A stretch of DNA of 63,076 nucleotides, counting the filler, from Thermodesulfobacteriota bacterium (GTDB taxonomy: Bacteria; DASVDK01), in NCBI GenBank assembly GCA_036381125.1. It is 9 parts of 9 records of this genome, joined end to end, with 100 filler letters (N's around TTAATTAATTAA, not from the genome) between each part and the next. Parts side by side here need not be neighbours in the genome. Positions count along the whole stretch, not along the records: positions 36,562 to 47,235 come from DASVDK010000100.1; positions 47,336 to 54,246 come from DASVDK010000101.1; 7 more parts are not named here. The stretch is one strand, 5' to 3'. The translations under genes and the position numbers were made by a program. How positions within the stretch are numbered: position 1 is the first letter of the stretch; every line of letters begins with the position of its first letter. This document shows positions 37,750 to 50,323 of this stretch, in pieces. The notes below the pieces were generated by a model. It searched no databases. It was not told the origin of the DNA and worked only from the letters and a program-made list of their open reading frames with translations.

Positions 37750-38864
37750 GACGTGCGTTCCTCCGCGGAGCCTCCGTCCGGAGAGGCTCTCCACCCGGCG
37801 GCAGGCAGGTACAGCGTGAAGGCCGCCCCCCCACTCGGGGCGTCCTGGACCTCGAGGCGCCCGCCGTGGACCTCGACGATCCGTCGCGTGATGGCCAGTC
37901 CCAACCCCGTGCCACCCCGCTTGCGGGAGAAGAACGGCTCGAAGAGCCGCGGGCGATCCTCCGGCGCGATGCCGGGACCCGTGTCGAGCACCGTCACGCG
38001 ACAGAGGCCCGCGGCCCTGTCCGGCGGCTCGAGCCGGACCGTCACGCGCGGCCCGCGCGGCGATCGGCCGCCGGCGCTGGCCTCGAGCGCGTTGAGGATG
38101 ATGTTCAGGAGGGCCTGCATCACCTGGTCGGCGTCGATGAGCGCTTCGATCGCGCCCGCCTCGGCCACGACCTCGACGGCGACCGCGTCGGCCTCGGGGC
38201 GGCTGCGCCGCGCGACCGCCACGGCGTCGCGCACCAGTCGACGCAGGTCCGCGGGGGCGACCCGGGGGAGTCGAGGCCTCGCGAGCGAGAGGACGTCGGC
38301 CAGGAGCGTCGCCGCCCGACCGGCTTCCTTCGCGATGAGGTCGACGACGAACCGGCCGTCCCCGTCGAGGTCCGGGAGCATGTCCCGCAACGCCCGCGCG
38401 CCGTTCGAGATGGAGGTGAGCGGCGTCCGGAGTTCGTGGGCCAACCCGGCGGTCATCACGCCGACGGACGGGAGCCGCTCGTCCTCCCGGTCCTGCAACC
38501 GCGCCGTGACGTCCCGCGCGACGTGGGTCATGAGGCGCGGGCCGACCGCGATCGGGCCGATCCGACAGGTCGTCGACTCGAACGCTCGCGTGCGGCCCGC
38601 CGCGTCGACGCACTCGAGGACGCGACCGAGCCGTCGGTCGTGCCCGGCGCCGTCACGCAACGCCTCCCGGTTCAGGAAGCACCGGACCTCGGCGGGCAGC
38701 GCGCGGGCCGCGCCGTTCGCGTGAATCGCCCGCCCCGTGTCGAGGTCGAAGAGGGTGGCCGGGTCGGGCATGCCGTCGAGCAACGCCCGCAGCATCTGCC
38801 AGGCCGGTCCGGCGATCGCCTCGGGGCCGGACTTGGCCGCCGGACCGCCGTGCGGTTGCAGCAT
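37746..38864 (-). CDS. PAS-containing sensor histidine kinase
   Basis: LAHELRTPL, LLNIILNA, DTGPGI, GTGLGL; AGGAG RBS. Confidence 0.88.
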   Translation of the reverse strand: MLQPHGGPAAKSGPEAIAGPAWQMLRALLDGMPDPATLFDLDTGRAIHANGAARALPAEVRCFLNREALRDGAGHDRRLGRVLECVDAAGRTRAFESTTCRIGPIAVGPRLMTHVARDVTARLQDREDERLPSVGVMTAGLAHELRTPLTSISNGARALRDMLPDLDGDGRFVVDLIAKEAGRAATLLADVLSLARPRLPRVAPADLRRLVRDAVAVARRSRPEADAVAVEVVAEAGAIEALIDADQVMQALLNIILNALEASAGGRSPRGPRVTVRLEPPDRAAGLCRVTVLDTGPGIAPEDRPRLFEPFFSRKRGGTGLGLAITRRIVEVHGGRLEVQDAPSGGAAFTLYLPAAGWRASPDGGSAEERTS

Positions 38865-38872
38865 GGCCGCTC

Positions 38873-39496
38873 CTAGCCGCGCACGCGCCGGCGCACGAGC
38901 AACCGGGCGCGGCGCACGCGCGACTTCACGGCCGGCACGCCGAGCCCGAGGACCCGGGCGATCTCGGCGCTCGACCACCCCTCCACGTCGTGCAGGAGGA
39001 GCACCGTGCGGTAGTCCACGGGCAGATCGTCGATGGCCGAGGCGAGCGCCATCCGCCACTCGATCCGGCGGCCGGGGTCGTCGTCGTGCGCGGGCCACTC
39101 GGCGGTCGCCGCGCCGCACGCCCGGTACGGCGGCCTCGCCTCGTCCCACGGCCGGCCGACGCGCCGACCGCGCCGCACGCGCAGCTTCTCGTAGGCGGCG
39201 TTCACGACGATCCGGTAGAGCCAGGAGCCGAACGCGGCCTGCCCTCTGAACGTGTCGATCTTCCGGACCGCGGCCCAGAACGCGTCCTGCGCGACCTCTT
39301 CGGCGTCCTGCTCGTTCCCCGTGATGCGGGTCGCGAGCCGGAGCACGCGGTCGCCGTACCGCGTGCAGAGACGCTCCACCGAGGCCGGCGCACGGCGCCG
39401 CAGGGCTTCCACCAGCAGGCGATCCCGATCGCCCGCCTTCGCAACCGGATCGTGATGGAGGTTCCTCTCGAGGACGGTGGCCACTGGCTGGGACAT
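38873..39496 (-). CDS. ECF-type sigma-70 factor
   Basis: DAEEVAQDAF, FGSWLYRIVVN, LHDVEGWS-x-AEIA, VKSRVRRAR. Confidence 0.9.
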   Translation of the reverse strand: MSQPVATVLERNLHHDPVAKAGDRDRLLVEALRRRAPASVERLCTRYGDRVLRLATRITGNEQDAEEVAQDAFWAAVRKIDTFRGQAAFGSWLYRIVVNAAYEKLRVRRGRRVGRPWDEARPPYRACGAATAEWPAHDDDPGRRIEWRMALASAIDDLPVDYRTVLLLHDVEGWSSAEIARVLGLGVPAVKSRVRRARLLVRRRVRG

Positions 39497-39544
39497 TCCA
39501 CGTGCTCCTCGTCGACATCGCGCGACCGCCGCGATCGGTGATCG

Positions 39545-39916
39545 TTACCGGGCCCGGAGTGCGGCCTCGACCGCGCCGAGCAACGCCTCTCCGTCGACCG
39601 GCTTGTGCAGAAAGGCCACCGCCCCGGCTCCCAACGCCCTCCGGCGTGCCTCGTCGTCGCCGTGAGCGGTGAGGATGACGATCGGGATGCGGTGCCCGGT
39701 GCCGGCCAACCGTTCCTGCAGAGCAAAGCCCCCCATGCCCGGCATCCGCAGGTCGAGGATCAGGCACCGCGTCGTGCTCAGGTACCGGGACTCCCGGAAC
39801 GCCTCGGCCGACGCGAACGTCGCCGCCCTGTATCCCGCCGATCTGAGGAGGCCTTCGAGCGCCTGTCGAACCGATTCGTCATCGTCGACGACGGAGATGA
39901 CTTTCTGCCTCTGCAT
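39545..39916 (-). CDS. Single-domain response regulator (FixJ/NodW-type receiver)
   Basis: VVDDDESVR, LILDLRMPGMGG, ILTAH, HKP. Confidence 0.9.
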   Translation of the reverse strand: MQRQKVISVVDDDESVRQALEGLLRSAGYRAATFASAEAFRESRYLSTTRCLILDLRMPGMGGFALQERLAGTGHRIPIVILTAHGDDEARRRALGAGAVAFLHKPVDGEALLGAVEAALRAR

Positions 39917-39950
39917 GACGAAGAGTACGGTACGCCGGTCGGGGGAGGCC

Positions 39951-39992
39951 GCCTAGATATACGTTGGGTATGCGCGGATATACGTTCGTATA
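39951..39992. promoter_or_regulatory. Tandem ATAC-N4/5-GTAT boxes upstream of the receiver gene
   Basis: GATATACGTT at 39956-39965 and 39977-39986 (21-bp period); related box at 42160-42180. Confidence 0.6.
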
Positions 39993-40046
39993 GGAGGACG
40001 ACCGCGACGGCGTCGGCTCCGCGCCGATCCGCGCGGTGCCGGTCGC

Positions 40047-41777
40047 CTACGACGCCGGCCAGCTCGCGGCGGGGAGAAGGAACCGGAACGTCGCCCCGTG
40101 GCCCACGTTCGGCGTCGCCCAGAGCCGCCCCCCGTGCGCTTCGACGATCGACCGGCTGATCGAGAGCCCCATCCCCAGGCCGTGGGGCTTCGTCGTGTAG
40201 AAGGCCTGGAAGAGCCGCTCGACGGTCTCCTCCATCAATCCCTTGCCGGCGTCCTCCACCGCGGCGAGCACGCCGGGGCCTCCGTCGCTCTCGTGGGACT
40301 CGGCCCGGAGCACGAGCGTGCGGCGCGCGTCCGGCACGTCCGCCATCGCCTCGACGGCGTTCATGATCAGGTTGAGGGCGACCTGCTGGAGCTGGACGCG
40401 GACGCCGAGGACGGTCGGGAGGTCACCGGCGAGGCGCGGCTCGAGCCGGATCCGATGCCTGCGCAACTCCGCGCGGACCAGCTCCACGACCTCGCGGACG
40501 ACCTCCCCGACGTCGAGCGCGGTCCGGTCCGCGCTGGACTTCCTGAGGAGGGCCCGCGTGTGCGCGACGATCTCGCTCGCCCGATTGGCGTCCTGAATGA
40601 TGCGCCGCACCGCGGCGGCCGCCTCCCCGATGTCGGGCCGGTCGCGACCGAGCCAGCGGAGGCAGGCGTTGCCGTTGGTCACGGCGGCCGCCAGCGGTTG
40701 GTTGAGCTCGTGGGCGAGCGACGCGGCCAGCTCGCCCAGCGTGGCCACCCGCGTGACGTGCTCGAGCTCCGCCTGCGTCCTGCGCAGCGCGTCCTCCGCG
40801 CGCTTGCGCTCGAGGATGTCGCCGAGGCGCTGCCCCAGGGTGTCGATGACCTCGAGGAGGGAGTCGTCGGGCTCGCGCGTCCTCCGGTCCAGGAACTCGA
40901 AGACCGCGAGGACGCTCCGCCCGACCGTGACCGGAAAGGCGAACGCCGACCTGAAGCCGGCCGACCGGGCCGCGTCGCGGCGCTCGAAGGGGACGTCCCG
41001 GGTGGTGATGTCCGTCAACCAGACCGCCGCCCGGCTCTCCCAGACGCGCCCCAGGGCCCCCTCGCCTCTCCGCACGGAGGCCGCCAGGCTGGCCGCTCGA
41101 AGCTCGGCGACGTCGCCCTCCGCACAGAAGGACTCGGCCGAGCAGACGAGCGCGTTGGTCGTCGGCTCGACGAACCATACCTGGCCGAGGCGCCAGCCAC
41201 CGAGATCGCAGAACTTCGTCAGGCATGCGGTCGCCAGATCGGGGATGCCGGGCGCCGCGCTCGCGGCGGCGGTGACGTCCACGAGGAGCCGCAACGCGTC
41301 CTCGGCTCGCCGGCGCTGGCCGATCTCCGTCACGAGCGCCTCGTTCGTCCGCCGAAGCTCCGCCGTGCGCGCCGTTACGCGGGCCTCGAGCTCGTCGCGG
41401 GCCTGCTTCAGCGACCGCTCGGCCCGCCTGCGCGCGACGCTCAACGCGTTCGCGAGTGCGGCGCAGACTACGAACGCGAGAACGAACGGCAGCTGCTCGA
41501 CGCCGGTGCGCAGGGCCACGCCCTGCGGCATGAAGAAGTAGCTGGTCACCAGGGTCGACAGGAGGACCGCGAGCCACCCGGGACCGACGCCGCCGAACCA
41601 GGCACTGACCATGACGGCGGCGAAGAAGGGGAACACGAACGGCGTCGGTCTGACGCTCTCGAGGAGTAACGTCACGACAGCCGCCACCACCAGGCTCACG
41701 ACGGCCAGGCCGTAGCGGTATGCCGGATGCCATCGACGGTCGATCCCGACATCGCGCGGGGGGGCGATCGACGCCAT
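40047..41777 (-). CDS. Membrane sensor histidine kinase (DUF4118-like TM + GAF + HisKA/HATPase)
   Basis: RYGLAV, AVMVSAWFGG, GAF region, LAHELNQP, GLGMGLSI. Confidence 0.9.
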   Translation of the reverse strand: MASIAPPRDVGIDRRWHPAYRYGLAVVSLVVAAVVTLLLESVRPTPFVFPFFAAVMVSAWFGGVGPGWLAVLLSTLVTSYFFMPQGVALRTGVEQLPFVLAFVVCAALANALSVARRRAERSLKQARDELEARVTARTAELRRTNEALVTEIGQRRRAEDALRLLVDVTAAASAAPGIPDLATACLTKFCDLGGWRLGQVWFVEPTTNALVCSAESFCAEGDVAELRAASLAASVRRGEGALGRVWESRAAVWLTDITTRDVPFERRDAARSAGFRSAFAFPVTVGRSVLAVFEFLDRRTREPDDSLLEVIDTLGQRLGDILERKRAEDALRRTQAELEHVTRVATLGELAASLAHELNQPLAAAVTNGNACLRWLGRDRPDIGEAAAAVRRIIQDANRASEIVAHTRALLRKSSADRTALDVGEVVREVVELVRAELRRHRIRLEPRLAGDLPTVLGVRVQLQQVALNLIMNAVEAMADVPDARRTLVLRAESHESDGGPGVLAAVEDAGKGLMEETVERLFQAFYTTKPHGLGMGLSISRSIVEAHGGRLWATPNVGHGATFRFLLPAASWPAS

Positions 41778-42159
41778 GCTCCCTCCATCGGAATCGACCA
41801 GCGTGCGACGCCGGCCCGCCGGCGACCGTACGGGCGCATCCGCCGACTCCTGCTCGAGGACCTCGCCGACGGCGAGACTGCCGACCGGGCGCCGTTGTCT
41901 GTCGAGAGCGGGAGAGGCCGCGTGCGGCGGGACGCGGTCCGAGCGTGCAGGACGCGGTCCGTTTCCGGGCCACCCTCACGGCTCCACGATCGGGCCCGGC
42001 GCGGTTCCGTTCGCGAACGCCCGTGTTCGCGCGCGGCGCGTCGCGAGCGCCGCCGCCGCTCGGCGGCCGCAGCGATCACCGCGCGCGGGTCATCGCGGGA
42101 AGGGCGTTCGAGACCGCCGCCGCCGACGGCGGCCCCCTGGCCACACGGCGTAATCGCTC

Positions 42160-42180
42160 TATACCAAGGTATATCTAGCC
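42160..42180. promoter_or_regulatory. Palindromic operator between divergent kinase genes
   Basis: TATACC-AA-GGTATA; reverse complement GGCTAGATATACCTTGGTAT resembles GCCTAGATATACGTTGGGTAT at 39951. Confidence 0.6.
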
Positions 42181-42597
42181 GGCGTGCCGGTGCGACGGGT
42201 ACGCTGTTCCCGTCTCAGGCAAGGAGGACACGTGCTCCCACCGGCCGTGGCGCGTGCCGCGGACCCGGCGGCTCGCGTCCCGACTCCCGAGATGGCGTCG
42301 CGATCACCGGGCTCGCACAATCGTGCGGCCGGCGCCCTTTCGGTCCACCTCGCCCGGGCCCCTGGCCGCGCACCGCCCGGCCGCCCGGGCCGATGCTCGC
42401 CGGCGCGCACGGCGAGCCACCCTCCGGCCGGCGAGGCCGGGCCGGGCGGCGAGCGTCGTCTCGACGCCCCCGGCGCAGCGCCACGACGTCGATCGAGGCC
42501 CGGATGATGCAGGCGGCCGGGGTGCCCGGGGCCGCCTCGCGGCGTATGCCGACGGGGAGCCGCGCTCGACCCGGATGACGATCGGGAGGCAACCGCG

Positions 42598-44495
42598 ATG
42601 GCTGCAACGCTGAGGCACACCGGCATCGGCGTCGTGGGGGACCTGCCCTGGGGTACGCACTTCTGCCATTTCTACGAGACGAAGGACGACCTCCTCGACA
42701 CGCTGGTCCCGTACTTCAAGGCCGGGCTCGAGAGCCACGAGCTCTGCGTATGGGTGATCTCGACGCCCCTGACGGAGGAGGACGTCCGGACGGCCCTCCG
42801 AAGCGCCGACCCTGCCTTCGGCCGACGCCCGACCGGCCGCGGCCTGGAGATTCTCCTCGGCCACGAGTGGTATCTCGCGGACGGGACGTTCGACCTGCGG
42901 AGAGTGGTCCGCGGCTGGCACGAGAAGCTCGAACGCGCCCTGGCCAGGGCTACTCGGGGATGCGGGTCAGCGGGGCGACGGGCTGGCTCTCGCAGAGGGA
43001 CTGGGCGGACTTCTGCGCGTACGAGGAGGCCGTCAACGAGGCCATCACCCGGCGGCCGATGATGGTCCTCTGCAGCTACCCGCTCACGGCGTGCGGGGCG
43101 GCGGAGGTCCTGGACGTGGCGCGCACGCACGAGTTCGCCCTGGCAAAGCGACACGGGCGCTGGGACGTCGTCGAGCCCTCCGACCTCAAGCAGGTCAAGG
43201 CCGAGCTCAAGAGGCTGAACGAGGAGCTGGAGCGGCGCGTCGAGGAACGGACGAGACAGCTGACCGTCGCGAACGAGGAGCTCACGAAGGAGGTCCTCGA
43301 GCGCGCGCGGGCGGAAGAGGCGCTGCGCAAGAGCGAGGAGCGTTACGCGCTGGCCCTCCGCGCGGCGAACGACGGGCTCTGGGACTGGGACCTCGACCGG
43401 AACGAGGCGTACTACTCGCCGCGCTGGAAGAGCATGCTCGGCTTCGAGGAGGGGAAGATCCGGGGCGAGTATCGGGAATGGGTGACGCGCATTCACCCGG
43501 AGGATCGCGACCGGGTGCTCGCGGCCGTTCGAGAGCACCTCGCCGGGCGGTCCGCCTCGTACGAGTGCGAGTACCGGATGCGTCACCGGGACGGCAGTTA
43601 CCGGTGGGTGCTGGCCCGCGGGCGGGCGGAGCGGGACCCGGGCGGGACGGTGCGTCGGATGGTCGGCTCGCACACCGACATCACCGAGCGCAGGCGGGCC
43701 GAGGAGGCGTTGCGAGCCGCACAGGCCGAGCTGGCGCACGCGAGCCGGGTGACGACCATGGGAGAGCTGGTGGCCTCCATCGCTCACGAGGTGAACCAAC
43801 CGCTCGCGGCCATCGTCGCCAACGGCCACGCCTGCCTGCGCTGGCTCGCGCAGGAGAGGCCGGACCCCGGGGAGGCGCGGGCCGCCGTCGAGCGCGTCAT
43901 CCGCGACGGCAAGCGCGCGAGCGACGTGATCGGCCGGATTCGCGCGCTCTCGACGAGAGCCGCCCCGCAGAAGACCGCGCTGGACGTGAACGAGGTCATT
44001 CGAGACGTCGTCGCGCTGATCCGGAGCGAGGCGCTGCAGCACCGGGTCGTGCTGCGGACCGACCTGTCGTCCGCGCTGCCGCCGGTGCACGGCGATCGGG
44101 TCCAGCTTCAGCAGGTGATCCTGAATCTCGTGGTGAACGGGATCGAGGCCAGCGAGTCGGTCACGGAGCGGCCGGCGGAGCTGTGGATCGGGTCGTCCCG
44201 AGACGACACGGGCGGCGTGCTCGTCGCGGTGCAGGACTCCGGCGCCGGCGTCGACCCGGCGCACATGGCCCGGATCTTCGAGGCGTTCTTCACCACCAAG
44301 CCCGGCGGCATGGGCATGGGGCTGTCGATCAGCCGGTCGATCGCCGAGGCGCACGGCGGCCGGCTGTGGGTCACGCCCAACGCCGGGCCGGGCGCGACCT
44401 TTCGGTTCACGCTGCCGGCCGAGCTCGCGATCGCCGGCCGACGCGAGGGCGATCGAACCTCACCACGCCCCCCGGCGTACCAGGCCTCGCTCTGA
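42598..44495 (+). pseudogene. MEDS + PAS + histidine kinase split by a 1-bp frameshift near 42947-42949 (pseudogene or assembly error)
   Basis: Frame 1: GDLPWGTHFCHFYET...ERALA. Frame 3 continues GYSGMRVSG...LCSYPL...IAHEVNQP. One extra G in GCCAGGGCTAC restores a single ORF. Confidence 0.8.
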
Positions 44496-45062
44496 CGCGC
44501 GCCGGCGCCCCGGGTCCGTGGTCGCGGCGCCCGCGGCCTCCACCGACGTACCCACGACCTCCACGTCGCCCCGCATGCCGGCCTCGGTGTGGCCGGGAAT
44601 GTTGCAGGCAAACTCGATGTCCCCGCGCCCGGCGAACCGCCAGATCAGCGCCTTCGTCTCCCCGGGCCGGAGGCCGAGCACGTTCGGCTCGTCGTGGACC
44701 ATGTTCGGCATCCCCACCATCGCTCTCCGGTGGGCCGCCAGCTCCTCGCGCGTCCCGATGGCGAACTCGTGCGGGAGGCGACCGACGTTGGTGACGACGA
44801 ATCGGACCGTCTCGCCGGCTCGCACCTCGAGACGCCGGACGTCGAACGCGATGTCGCGCGCCTCGATCCGGACGGTCCGGGTCACGTCGGCGGCCCTCCC
44901 CGGGCGCCCGGCCGCCGTCGGTTGCGCGCCGTGCGGGTGCTCGCCGGCCGCGCCGCCGTGCCCGTGGCCGTTGCCGGCCGAGCGTGCGAGGGACGGCAGG
45001 CCGGCCGAGCCGGCGACCGCGAGGACGAGGACGAGCAGGACCCTTGCGACGAGACGATCCAT
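44460..45062 (-). CDS. CopI-like periplasmic cupredoxin
   Basis: Signal peptide, His-rich N-terminus, HEFAIG, FACNIPGHTEAGM type-1 Cu loop; AGGAGG RBS; next to CopA. Confidence 0.85.
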   Translation of the reverse strand: MDRLVARVLLVLVLAVAGSAGLPSLARSAGNGHGHGGAAGEHPHGAQPTAAGRPGRAADVTRTVRIEARDIAFDVRRLEVRAGETVRFVVTNVGRLPHEFAIGTREELAAHRRAMVGMPNMVHDEPNVLGLRPGETKALIWRFAGRGDIEFACNIPGHTEAGMRGDVEVVGTSVEAAGAATTDPGRRRASERGLVRRGAW

Positions 45063-45177
45063 TGCAACCTCCTGGTGCGTGTGCGGGGTGTCGAGGCTCC
45101 GGTCGACGAGGGTAGTCGGGCGGCGGCTGCGGGAGCCGCCGCCCGTATCGAACGCTCGAGGCGCCTGTCGGGGCGCG

Positions 45178-47235
<2,058 letters not shown>

Positions 47236-47335
47236 NNNNNNNNNNNNNNNNNNNNNNNNNNNNNNNNNNNNNNNNNNNNTTAATTAATTAANNNNNNNNN
47301 NNNNNNNNNNNNNNNNNNNNNNNNNNNNNNNNNNN
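47236..47335. other. Artificial contig linker
   Basis: 44 N + TTAATTAATTAA + 44 N. Confidence 0.99.
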
Positions 47336-49059
47336 AGCTCGTGCGCGCCGCGCCGGACCACGAGCCAGCGCGCGTCCTCGTCGAAGCGGCATTGCGCCTC
47401 GCCGCGGACCGTGCGCCGCATTCGCAGCAGGTCGCCGAACAGGCCGCGCAGGCGCTCGTCGCCGCGGCCGGTCAGCTTCGAGCGCGCGAACGTCGCCGGG
47501 TCCTGCGGATCGGGCACCTCCTCGCCGGCGAACTGCGCGAACGCGGCGAACTCGCGCCGGCGCCCCTCGCGCGTCGCGTCGGCGATCTCGGCGTCGACGT
47601 GGTCGGTGAAGAACTGGAACGGCGCGTCCTCGCCGTACTCCTCGCCCATGAACAGCAGCGGCGTGTAGGGCGAGAGCAGGATGCAGAACGCCGCCAGCGG
47701 CCGCGCCTCGCGCGGCAGCCGGTCGCCGAGCGCGCGGTTGCCGACCTGGTCGTGGTTCTGGGCGAAGACGACGAAGCGCTCCCCGGGAAGGTCGCGCGAC
47801 GGCGTGCCGTGGGGCCGGCCTCGGTAGGTCGAGCGCTGCCCGGTGTAGACGAACCCCTCGGTGTACGCCTTGACGAGCTGGTCGACGCGGCCGAAGTCGG
47901 CGTAGTAGCCGCTCCGCTCGCCCGTCACGAGCGCGTGGAGGGCGTGGTGGAAGTCGTCCGACCACTGCGCGGCGAGCCCGTAGCCGCCCGCCGACACCCG
48001 ATCGATCACCCGCCGGTCGTTGAGGTCGCTCTCGGCGATCACGTGCACCGCCCGCCCCGCGCGCCGGGCCGCCCGCTGCACGGCGTCGTTCAGCTCGCGC
48101 AGGATGTGCACCGGGCTGTCGTCCACGATGCCGTGGACGGCGTCGAGCCGGAGCGCGTCGACGTGGAACTCGGTGACCCACCGGACGGCGTTCTCGACGA
48201 CGAAGCGTCGCACCGGAGCCGAGTCCGGCCCGTCGAAGTTCACCGCGTCGCCCCAGGGCGTCTTGTGCCGGTCGGTGAAGTACGGGCCGAACTCCGCGAG
48301 GTAGTTCCCCTCGGGTCCGAGGTGGTTGTAGACGACGTCGAGGACCACGCAGAGCCCCTGCTCGTGGCAGGCGTCGACCAGGCGGGCGAGCCCCTCGGGG
48401 CCGCCGTAGCTGCGCTGGGGCGCGTAGAGCCCCACGCCGTCGTAGCCCCAGTTGCGGTCGCCGGGGAAGCTCGCGACCGGCATCAGCTCGATCGCGGTCA
48501 CGCCGAGCGCCCGGAGGTCCGCGAGGCGGCCGATCACCGCCTCGAAGGTCCCCTCGGGCGTGAAGGTGCCGACGTGCAATTCGTAGACGACGTACTCGTG
48601 CAGCGGCCGGCCGCGCCACGCGGCGTCGCTCCAGACGAACGCCCCCATGTCGACCACCTCGGCCGCGCCGTGGACGCCGTCGGGAAGGGCGCGCGCCGCC
48701 GGGTCCGGACGGGCCCGCTCGCCGTCGAGCACGTAGCGATACCGCAGGCCGGGCCCCCCCTCGACGACCGCCTCGTAGTACCCCTCGGCGTCGCGCGCCG
48801 CCGCAACGCGCACCGGCGCGCCGCCCGCCGGCGTCACCTCCACCTCGAGCGAGCGGCAGCGGGGCGCCCAGACGCGGAACGCGACGCGGCCGTCCGGCAG
48901 CGGGGTCGCGCCGAGCGGCAGAGCGGCGCGGGCAGGTCGGTGGACCTCGGCAACACGAGCGGAACGGGACAACGGTCTGGTCTCCAGGGTACGGGCGCGG
49001 GTGTCGTTGTGTTGCACATCACATGCCGCCCCGGGCCGGGGGGTCCGATCGTTCGGCAT
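47336..49059 (-). CDS. treZ: Malto-oligosyltrehalose trehalohydrolase (GH13; 3' truncated, start uncertain)
   Basis: FRVWAP, YELHVGTF, NWGYDGV, DVVYNHLGPEGNY, LRLDAVH, QNHDQVGNR, LFMGEEY. Confidence 0.93.
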
Positions 49060-49225
49060 GCCACACGATAGCCGAGGAAGGCGGGCGGCGTGAACGCGTC
49101 CGGGTACGGGGCGAAAACGCCTGTATTGTCAGTGACTTATGACTCAAACCCCCGCGCGGCCGGCTCCGGCCCGCCGATGGCCGCCATGAAGGGGCCGCCC
49201 TGCCGGCGGGCCGCCTCCGTCTCGC

Positions 49226-50323
49226 TCATCGCTCCGCCTGCGCGACGATCGGCTCGATCGACGCAAGCCGCGCCGCGAGCCGGCCGGCGTCGGCCTCGAC
49301 GAGCGTCACGTGCCCGATCTTCCGGCCCGGCCGCGGCGCCTTCCGGTAGAGGTGGAGGTGGAGCCCCTCGACGCGCAGCAGTGCCGCGGGATCCGGATGG
49401 CCGCCGACGAGGTTCAGCATGGCGGCGTGCCCCCGCGGCCGCGCCGCGCCGAGCGGCAGGCCGGCCACCGCCCGGACGTGCTGCTCGAACTGGCTCGTCT
49501 CGGCCCCCTCGATCGTCCAGTGGCCCGAGTTGTGGACCCGCGGCGCCATCTCGTTGGCCAGGAGCCGTCCGCTCGCCTCGAACAGCTCGATGGCGAGGAC
49601 CCCGACGTAGTCGAAGCGGGCCAGCACCGCCCGCGCGTAGCGCTCCGCCTCGGCCTGCCACCGCTCGCCCGACGGCGCCGGGGCGAGCGACCGCCTGAGG
49701 ACCCCGCCGCGATGGACGTTCTCGACGAGCGGGTAGACCCGGACGTCGCCGTCGAGCCCGCGGGCGGCGAGGACCGACAGCTCGCGCTCGAACGGGACGA
49801 AGCCCTCGAGGAGGAGCGGCGAGCCGCCGAGCGCGCGCCACGCGGCCTCGACGTCCGCACCGTCGCGCAGCACCGCCTGCCCCTTGCCGTCGTAACCGCC
49901 GCGGCGCGCCTTGAGGACGGCGGGCAGGCCGATGCGCGCGAGCGCGGCGTCGAGATCAGCCCGGCTGTCGACCGGCGCGAAGGGAGGGATGGGGATGCCG
50001 AGCGCCTCGAACGTCCGCTTCTCGACCAGCCGGTCCTGGGCCGCCTCGAGGACGTCGGGCGCCGGGCGCACCGGCAGGCGCCGCGCGAGCGCCCGCGCGG
50101 CGGCCACCGGGACGTTCTCGAACTCGTAGGTGACGACGTCGAGGCCCTCGGCGAAGCGGGACAGGGCGGCCTCGTCGGCGTACGGCGCCGCCTCGTGCGG
50201 GGCGACGTCGCCGGCGGGCGCCTCGGGCGCCGGGTCGAGGACGCGGAAGCGGAGGCCGAGCGGGTAGCCCGCCAGCGCGAGCATCCGGCCGAGCTGACCG
50301 CCGCCGAGGATGCCGATACGCAT
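49226..50323 (-). CDS. purK: N5-carboxyaminoimidazole ribonucleotide synthase
   Basis: IGILGGGQLGRM, TYEFEN, GGYDGKGQ, NEMAPRVHNSGHWT, RKIGH; TACCAT 7 nt before the ATG. Confidence 0.95.
   Translation of the reverse strand: MRIGILGGGQLGRMLALAGYPLGLRFRVLDPAPEAPAGDVAPHEAAPYADEAALSRFAEGLDVVTYEFENVPVAAARALARRLPVRPAPDVLEAAQDRLVEKRTFEALGIPIPPFAPVDSRADLDAALARIGLPAVLKARRGGYDGKGQAVLRDGADVEAAWRALGGSPLLLEGFVPFERELSVLAARGLDGDVRVYPLVENVHRGGVLRRSLAPAPSGERWQAEAERYARAVLARFDYVGVLAIELFEASGRLLANEMAPRVHNSGHWTIEGAETSQFEQHVRAVAGLPLGAARPRGHAAMLNLVGGHPDPAALLRVEGLHLHLYRKAPRPGRKIGHVTLVEADAGRLAARLASIEPIVAQAER

Noticed and set aside
42232..42507. ORF after AAGGAGG in the 41778-42597 intergenic region
   Set aside because: Low-complexity Pro/Arg/Ala product with no recognisable motif; cannot be supported.
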